64,000 nt of DNA from positions 32,001 through 96,000 of the IMG/VR virus record IMGVR_UViG_3300009370_000007; one strand, 5' to 3'. The stretch is from a virus. The notes under the pieces were generated by a model. That model did no database searches, was not told the origin of the DNA, and was given only the letters and a program-made list of their open reading frames with translations. Positions within the stretch are counted from its first letter, which is position 1. Every line of letters begins with the position of its first letter. Made by a program: the position numbers and the translations under genes. Positions 58,562-64,000 of this stretch are shown piece after piece.

Positions 58562-59842
58562 TTAATATCCACCCTTCGCGCCATCAGCCTGCTGAAAATC
58601 AGCCTTGGTCATTTGCTCTAGTTCAACAAAATTAAGAGTCAAATCAGTTTCAACAGGATGACCATCATAAAATGTTGCATTAACTCCCGCACCTGCATAA
58701 TTTACATCAACACTTGTGCAGGCGCACATTCTAATTTTATGAAGTTTTGCTTGATTCCAATATTCGATACCAAATTGATTTGGATATTGCCAAAAGGCTC
58801 CATAAGAGGAACTTTCGTAAAAAGAAGGAGCAGAATAAAATTTAAATGCTCGAATAATAGCCTGAACTTCATTGGCTTCTTTTTGATTTCTAGGAGAAAA
58901 CTTAAAGGTGAATGAAAAATTTCTAAATTCAACTCCATTAAAAAATTGTTCCATGTGAGGATTGACTGCAATCTTATCGTATTCCTTTAATCCCAGTTGA
59001 ACAAGCGATTCCTGCCCAATTATTCCGGCTGCTTTTTGAAGCCCAGCTATGGCTGCGCTGCCGGTGCCAGTCCCAACAGCAGATCCCGCAATTTCCCAAC
59101 CAGAAGCTCCCCGCTTAAATTGCTTCACTCCTTGTTTTATCATCGCCCCAACCTGGCCAAGTTCTCCTGCGGCCCAATTTGCACGATAACTTTCATTTAT
59201 TTGATGGGGCATATACAAAATAATTTGTCCAATACTTTGTTTACTGAATCCACTCAACCCACCAAGACCAGATGCAATTGCTCCAATGCTTCCTGGCAAA
59301 TCCGCTATTCCTCCAAGTTGACCCATTCCCTCGTCCACAAACCCCCCGATGGTGGCACTTCCTAAATCCCCCAACCCAACAGCAGAAGTTACGCTATCCA
59401 TTGCTCCACCGACAGCACCAGTAACAGAATCAACGGCTCCTGTTACTGCGTTAACTGCTCCGCCAACAGCATTAAGAGCACCAGAAATTCCTCCTCCAAT
59501 AGCAGAACCCACATCACTATTTTTAATTTCACTAAGAACATTATTTAAAAATCCGCCTTCGGTGTTTTCTTCTGGGGAATTTCTTCCAGAAGATTTAAGT
59601 TTTGCTCCATGAACAGAGTGAACAGTAAAGCGAACAAAATGTCCCTCTTCAGGGCCCTCGACATCTAATGGGTATCTTAAGTTTAGTCTAGCAAATTTAT
59701 CCGTATGTAGGCCTACAAATTGCCCAGAGCCGGTTACGCCTTCAAAGGCTCCACTAAAATCAGCATAGGCTTCTTTGGCTCCAGCGACGAGGCCTCCCCC
59801 TCCTCCTTCTGCCGAATCTCCCGTTACATCTCCTTCACTCAT
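58562..59842 (-). CDS. gp48: baseplate tail tube cap
   Basis: LRYPLD, IILYMP, NPHMEQFFNGVEFRNFSFTFKFSPRNQKEA, LTLNFVELE. Confidence 0.9.
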   Translation of the reverse strand: MSEGDVTGDSAEGGGGGLVAGAKEAYADFSGAFEGVTGSGQFVGLHTDKFARLNLRYPLDVEGPEEGHFVRFTVHSVHGAKLKSSGRNSPEENTEGGFLNNVLSEIKNSDVGSAIGGGISGALNAVGGAVNAVTGAVDSVTGAVGGAMDSVTSAVGLGDLGSATIGGFVDEGMGQLGGIADLPGSIGAIASGLGGLSGFSKQSIGQIILYMPHQINESYRANWAAGELGQVGAMIKQGVKQFKRGASGWEIAGSAVGTGTGSAAIAGLQKAAGIIGQESLVQLGLKEYDKIAVNPHMEQFFNGVEFRNFSFTFKFSPRNQKEANEVQAIIRAFKFYSAPSFYESSSYGAFWQYPNQFGIEYWNQAKLHKIRMCACTSVDVNYAGAGVNATFYDGHPVETDLTLNFVELEQMTKADFQQADGAKGGY

Positions 59843-59878
59843 TTCTTCCCCTTTTAACTTAAAAAATAGACCTACATA

Positions 59879-59886
59879 TATTTATG
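59879..59886 (-). promoter_or_regulatory. probable late promoter variant (CATAAATA) for the gp48 operon
   Basis: 7/8 match to consensus, 36 nt upstream of gp48; overlaps the divergent gp4 start codon. Confidence 0.5.
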
Positions 59887-60339
59887 GCATATAAAGGAAA
59901 ATGGCGACCAAAGAATATAGAAAAGTACGAAGGCAATCATGCAAAAATTGTATATCGCTCTTTATGGGAACGTCAGGCCTTTAAGTGGTGTGACGCCAAC
60001 CCAAAGGTAGTAAAGTGGAGCAGCGAGAGCGTGATAGTCCCATACATCTCAAAGACCGATGGTAGACGGCATCGGTACTATGTGGATTTAAAAATAACCT
60101 ATGATACTGGAAAAACTATTCTTGTTGAAATTAAACCCAAACGCCAAACCAAACCCCCCAAAAAGAAAACAAAAAAAACCAGAAGGTATATCACAGAAGT
60201 TATGGCATACGGAAAAAATACATCTAAGTGGGAATATGCAGAAGAGTTTGCAAAATCCCGGGGGTGGGAATTTCAAATATGGACAGAGGACACATTAAAA
60301 GAATTGGGCATCAAAATACTTAAAAATTCTAATAAATAG
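59884..60339 (+). CDS. gp4: head completion nuclease
   Basis: MAYKGKWRPKN..KY.G, YRSLWE, WSSE, HRYYVD, VEIKP, KW..A. Confidence 0.95.
   Translation: MAYKGKWRPKNIEKYEGNHAKIVYRSLWERQAFKWCDANPKVVKWSSESVIVPYISKTDGRRHRYYVDLKITYDTGKTILVEIKPKRQTKPPKKKTKKTRRYITEVMAYGKNTSKWEYAEEFAKSRGWEFQIWTEDTLKELGIKILKNSNK
60331..60338 (+). promoter_or_regulatory. probable late promoter variant (AATAAATA) for gp2
   Basis: 7/8 match ending 5 nt before the gp2 ATG. Confidence 0.55.
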
Positions 60340-60343
60340 TAAT

Positions 60344-60967
60344 ATGGCAACAGAAAGCGCATTCACTACTATTCTTCATTCCGGTCGAGGGATAAAGAAA
60401 ACAGAAGAAGCCAGGGAATGGTATAGACGCCAAGCTGGACGAGTCAGAAGAGGCCAACAAAGAACAAGACCAAATCAATTGCTCTTGGACGCAAAGGCAA
60501 GAGGAACTCTAAGACAAAGACTGAGAATGCCATTTATGATTGGCAATATGTATATGTTTAGATATAACCCAAAATTAAGAGAATCTCTTAATTATTATGA
60601 CACTCTTCCTCTGGTATTTCCCATTGAACAATATGAAGATGGATTTTTGGCAATCAATATGCATTATCTTTTTCCAAAATACAGAGCAATACTAATGGAT
60701 AAATTGTATCCTCTACTAAGAAACAATAGAATGGACGAAACAACTCGACTTAGACTTACATATGAACTTCTAAATGGGACAAGAAAGTATAAATATTTCA
60801 AACCATGTCTTCATCGGTATTTGAGAGAGCAAGTTGAATCGAGATATATTCAGATTCCAGTTGAAGAATGGGACATTGCATTATTTCTTCCGACAGACCG
60901 ATTTAAAAAAGCCACAAGAAGAAAGGTCTGGGCACAATCAAGAAAGGACATATTCTTAGGAAGGTAA
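60344..60967 (+). CDS. gp2: DNA end protector protein
   Basis: GNMYMFRYNPK...YYDTLPL, GFLAINMHYL, KPCLHRYL, WDIALFLP. Confidence 0.95.
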   Translation: MATESAFTTILHSGRGIKKTEEAREWYRRQAGRVRRGQQRTRPNQLLLDAKARGTLRQRLRMPFMIGNMYMFRYNPKLRESLNYYDTLPLVFPIEQYEDGFLAINMHYLFPKYRAILMDKLYPLLRNNRMDETTRLRLTYELLNGTRKYKYFKPCLHRYLREQVESRYIQIPVEEWDIALFLPTDRFKKATRRKVWAQSRKDIFLGR

Positions 60968-60979
60968 GGAAAAATTTAA

Positions 60980-61714
60980 ATGAACATAAATCAATTTAAA
61001 GCAAGTTTAAGGGGACAGCACTTAGCCTCTCCTTCAAACTTTAGAGTAATGTTCTCCGGGGGAGTTTTAAAGAGTGGACCGGCGAGGGCAATTGCATTTC
61101 AATGTAACCAGGCCCAACTGCCTGGGCAATCTTTTGCCACCAACGAAATTAGAACATACGGACCTATTCGCAAAATGCCATATTCTTTTATCTATGACGA
61201 TCTTCAATTGGGAATTTATTGCACAGAAGACATGGATGTAAAGAGAACCTTTGATGATTGGATGAATGCCGTTGGAGACAACATAACTGGTGATTTTAAT
61301 TATTATAGCAATTATACTACGGACATTGACATTGAACAATTAGATAGTAAGGGAAGAGTTACATATGCAATTAAAGTCTTGGAGGCATATCCGATGATGG
61401 TTCAGCCCCTTGCATTAGATTATTCTCAATCAAATTCATTTCATAATTTACCAGTAACATTTGCATTCCGCAAATGGAGGGAAGAGCCAATTCCACTCAA
61501 CCCCTTTGCGAGCAATCTTAATATTAACTCTCTTTATCCAAATTTTGATATTTCATCAACCCTAGATAGATTTGGAGTTGCTGTTGTTAGTCGAGCAGAA
61601 GGACAGGTTTCTGCTAAAATTGAACAAGGAATTAGTTTTGCAGGATCAGTTGCATCTGCATCAACATCAACAAACAAAACACACTCATCTGATAATTATT
61701 TTATTAACAATTAA
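60980..61714 (+). CDS. tail tube-fold protein (gp54/gp19-like tube initiator)
   Basis: ASPSNFRV, CNQAQLPG, YGPIRKMPY, FDDWM, EAYP, VTFAFRKW; positioned between gp2 and gp26. Confidence 0.8.
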   Translation: MNINQFKASLRGQHLASPSNFRVMFSGGVLKSGPARAIAFQCNQAQLPGQSFATNEIRTYGPIRKMPYSFIYDDLQLGIYCTEDMDVKRTFDDWMNAVGDNITGDFNYYSNYTTDIDIEQLDSKGRVTYAIKVLEAYPMMVQPLALDYSQSNSFHNLPVTFAFRKWREEPIPLNPFASNLNINSLYPNFDISSTLDRFGVAVVSRAEGQVSAKIEQGISFAGSVASASTSTNKTHSSDNYFINN

Positions 61715-61743
61715 TTGCAATTACCTTGGAGGAATAACACATT

Positions 61744-62472
61744 ATGGCATTACCGAAACTTGATGTACCGATACATGAATTGACTTTACCATCGACCGGA
61801 GAAAAACTTAAATACCGACCCTTTCTAGTAAAAGAACAAAAGATTCTTTTCATGGCAAACGAAGGGGAAGACTCAAAAGAAATGGTAGATTCTTTACGCC
61901 AAATCATAACCAATTGTTGCATTGACGACATAGAAGTAGAAGACCTTCCAATTTTTGATATAGAATATATTTTTCTACAACTGCGATCTAAGTCTGTTGG
62001 GGAACAATCTACTCTACAATTTAAGTGTCAAAATGTCATGGAAGAAAGCACTTGTGGTGGAATTGTTGAAATGAATTTAGATTTATCAAAAATTAAAGTT
62101 CATAAAGACAAAAAGCATAATCCTAAAATTCAACTAACAAAAGACCTTGGGATGATTATGAGATACCCAAAAATTGAATTGTTATCTGAAATTGAAGGGC
62201 TGACTGAAGGAAAAGAGGATATGAATGAAATTCTAAAAATTATTGTTAAATGTATTGATAACATTTATGATTCTGATAATGTATACAGCGCAAAAGACCA
62301 TACCCTAGAAGAACTAGAAGAATTCCTTTTAGGAATGACCCAAGATCAATTTGAAAAAATTCAACTCTTCTTCGAGACAATGCCAAAACTAAAGGAAAAT
62401 GTTAAATATAAGTGCAACAAATGTGGCTTAGAAGATGCAGTTGATTTGGAGGGACTGCAAAGTTTTTTTTAG
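61744..62472 (+). CDS. gp26: baseplate hub assembly chaperone
   Basis: MALPKL..P...LTLPSTG...YRPFLVKEQKIL, FDIEYIFLQLRSKSVGE, MRYP, FFETMPKL, CxxC, C-terminal LEGLQSFF. Confidence 0.93.
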   Translation: MALPKLDVPIHELTLPSTGEKLKYRPFLVKEQKILFMANEGEDSKEMVDSLRQIITNCCIDDIEVEDLPIFDIEYIFLQLRSKSVGEQSTLQFKCQNVMEESTCGGIVEMNLDLSKIKVHKDKKHNPKIQLTKDLGMIMRYPKIELLSEIEGLTEGKEDMNEILKIIVKCIDNIYDSDNVYSAKDHTLEELEEFLLGMTQDQFEKIQLFFETMPKLKENVKYKCNKCGLEDAVDLEGLQSFF

Positions 62473-62495
62473 TAGGGCTATCTCACGATAGCCTT
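62448..62495 (+). promoter_or_regulatory. putative programmed -1 ribosomal frameshift signal
   Basis: GGAGG (62448-52), 10 nt spacer, slippery T TTT TTT (62463-69), hairpin GGCTATC-TCAC-GATAGCC (62476-93, extendable to 62474-95). Confidence 0.75.
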
Positions 62496-62663
62496 GATAA
62501 TTATTATAAGGTTAATTTTGCAATGATGCAGGATCATAAATATACTTTAAGCGATTTAGATAATATGATTCCTTGGGAACGAGAACTTTATGTTGCATTT
62601 TTACTTGCTCATTTAGAAGAAGAAAGAAAAAGAACAGAAGCCCAAAACGCAAAATTTAAGTAA
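62469..62663 (+). CDS. gp51: baseplate hub assembly catalyst, probably expressed as a frameshift extension of gp26 (first in-frame ATG at 62523)
   Basis: Hand translation LVGLSHDSLDNYYKVNFAMMQDHKYTLSDLDNMIPWERELYVAFLLAHLEEERKRTEAQNAKFK* contains the gp51 motif NF.MMQ.HKY.L..L.NMIPWER..Y. Missing from the ORF track. Confidence 0.88.
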   Translation, partial: LVGLSHDSLDNYYKVNFAMMQDHKYTLSDLDNMIPWERELYVAFLLAHLEEERKRTEAQNAKFK

Positions 62664-62678
62664 AGGAATATAAATTTA

Positions 62679-64000
62679 ATGGCCCTTCCTAACCCAGCAG
62701 CAGCAGTAGATAAAAAAACCCAGGCATCCAACGATCAGCTTCTTAAATTAACTCAAGAAATGCTAAAGCTCTTGGACGTGATTGCAGAGGCCACAGATGT
62801 TGCAGCAGATGAACAAGAAGTAATTGAAGAGCAAACCTCAAAAACTGCAAAAATAGAAGCAGCAATGCTTCGTATCAAAAAGCTAGAAGTTACCAAAAAT
62901 ATAGCCAAAACTCTCTGGCAAAGAAAAGTAAATCAGGCATTAATCAAAAGAGAAAAACAAAAATTCAATATGATGATACGGCAATCTGCCTCGTTATCTC
63001 ATATTGAACAACATCTTACTGGATTTTCCGAAGGCATTGTAGGCCTTCCCGCAATTCTGGACACAAACATGAGAGGAATTACTTCTCAAATTGGAGATTT
63101 TACTCTGAAAGTGGCTGGTGGATTTGGATTAATGAGAAAGGCCGGAGAAACTGCTGCGAAATGGACAAAGGGCGGATTTAATAAATTGTTCGGTCAAGGA
63201 GAAAAGAGAGCCAAAAAAGAAGAAGAAGGAAAACTCAAAGCAGTCGAAAATGATCGAGAAAATCGAAGGTTTTGGGGAAAAATGCTTGATGCCCTTGGCA
63301 GCATAAAGGGAGAAAAAGGAAAAAAAGAAGACAATATTTGGGGGAAACTGTTTCAGGCGGTTGTTCTGTTGGGAACTTTTCTTATGGCATGGTTCGCTGG
63401 ATTATTCACAGAACTTGATAATCAATTATTGGCACTAAGAGCATGGATAAGGCAGACCTGGGTTGGTAAGTTAGTATTAAGACTAAAGAAGATTCAAAAA
63501 CTTGGAATAGGAGGACTGGTTACAAGAATTTTGGCTCCCTTTGAAAAAATTATACTATGGATAAAGGGAAAATGGCTAAAGGCTACTGAAGGCATATCAA
63601 CAATGTGGACGAAACTTACAACCAATTTGACAAAATGGTTTCCAAAACTTTCTAAAATTATAAATCCAATCCTGGGTATTGGTCCACGACTTTTAGGATT
63701 ATTGGCTAAGGTTGCCTGGCCCCTTACGATATTACTTATGGCATGGGAGGCTATTAAGGGATTTATGAAAGGGTGGGAAAAATATGCCACGGGAGGATTC
63801 TGGGATGGTGTAATGGGCGGAATTCTTGGGGCCTTTGAAGGTATATTAAGATTTTTTACTGATGACCTTTTAAACTTAGCAAAAGACGTTGTTGCATGGC
63901 TTCTAGGAAAATTTGGCTGGACAGACCTAGAAGCGAAGCTAGATTCATTTGAATTCAATATTTCTGGAATAGTAACTGGTTGGTTAACTTCTGCGATAAA
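62679..64000 (+). CDS. probable tape measure protein (gp29-like), partial
   Basis: ATG 62679 with AAGGA upstream; frame checked by hand at start, middle and end and appears open. Helical N-terminus (MALPNPAAAVDKKTQASNDQLLKLTQEML), then hydrophobic G/W-rich segments (VVLLGTFLMAWFAGLF, KVAWPLTILLMAWEAIKGF). Follows gp26/gp51. Confidence 0.8.
   Translation, partial: MALPNPAAAVDKKTQASNDQLLKLTQEMLKLLDVIAEATDVAADEQEVIEEQTSKTAKIEAAMLRIKKLEVTKNIAKTLWQRKVNQALIKREKQKFNMMIRQSASLSHIEQHLTGFSEGIVGLPAILDTNMRGITSQIGDFTLKVAGGFGLMRKAGETAAKWTKGGFNKLFGQGEKRAKKEEEGKLKAVENDRENRRFWGKMLDALGSIKGEKGKKEDNIWGKLFQAVVLLGTFLMAWFAGLFTELDNQLLALRAWIRQTWVGKLVLRLKKIQKLGIGGLVTRILAPFEKIILWIKGKWLKATEGISTMWTKLTTNLTKWFPKLSKIINPILGIGPRLLGLLAKVAWPLTILLMAWEAIKGFMKGWEKYATGGFWDGVMGGILGAFEGILRFFTDDLLNLAKDVVAWLLGKFGWTDLEAKLDSFEFNISGIVTGWLTSAI

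Noticed and set aside
63494-63958. 154-aa minus-strand ORF
   Set aside because: Antisense to the probable tape measure gene, which the ORF track omits only because it lacks a stop in the window.
1-64000. tRNA genes, CRISPR array, anti-defence or auxiliary metabolic genes
   Set aside because: Intergenic gaps are short (the largest is about 140 nt) and show no cloverleaf or repeat-spacer pattern. All recognisable genes are morphogenetic.

Overview
The window is the late (virion morphogenesis) region of a large T4-like myophage of the environmental, cyanophage/pelagiphage-like type. Minus strand, in transcription order: gp48, gp53, gp27-like hub, gp5 split into two genes, gp25, gp6, an extended gp7, gp8, a 2875-aa DUF4815/VrlC-like protein, a 4773-aa modular fibre, three paralogous proteins, small fibre-associated proteins, gp13-gp20, then a collagen-like fibre and a gp38-like glycine-rich adhesin. 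Plus strand: gp4, gp2, a tube-fold protein, gp26, gp51 and the start of a probable tape measure gene. T4-type late promoters (TATAAATA) and one terminator are visible. I saw no tRNA, CRISPR array, intron, intein or mobile element. Most notable: (1) a complete -1 frameshift signal joining gp26 to gp51 just before the tape measure gene; (2) a giant fibre with GpJ-like motifs followed by three paralogues sharing a split core domain; (3) a TolB-like propeller fused to gp7; (4) a genetically split, lysozyme-free gp5; (5) an Ala-Asn-Thr/Ser motif enriched in virion proteins; (6) a collagen fibre plus adhesin cassette directly behind the portal. All family assignments come from motif recognition by eye and gene order; no database searches were run.
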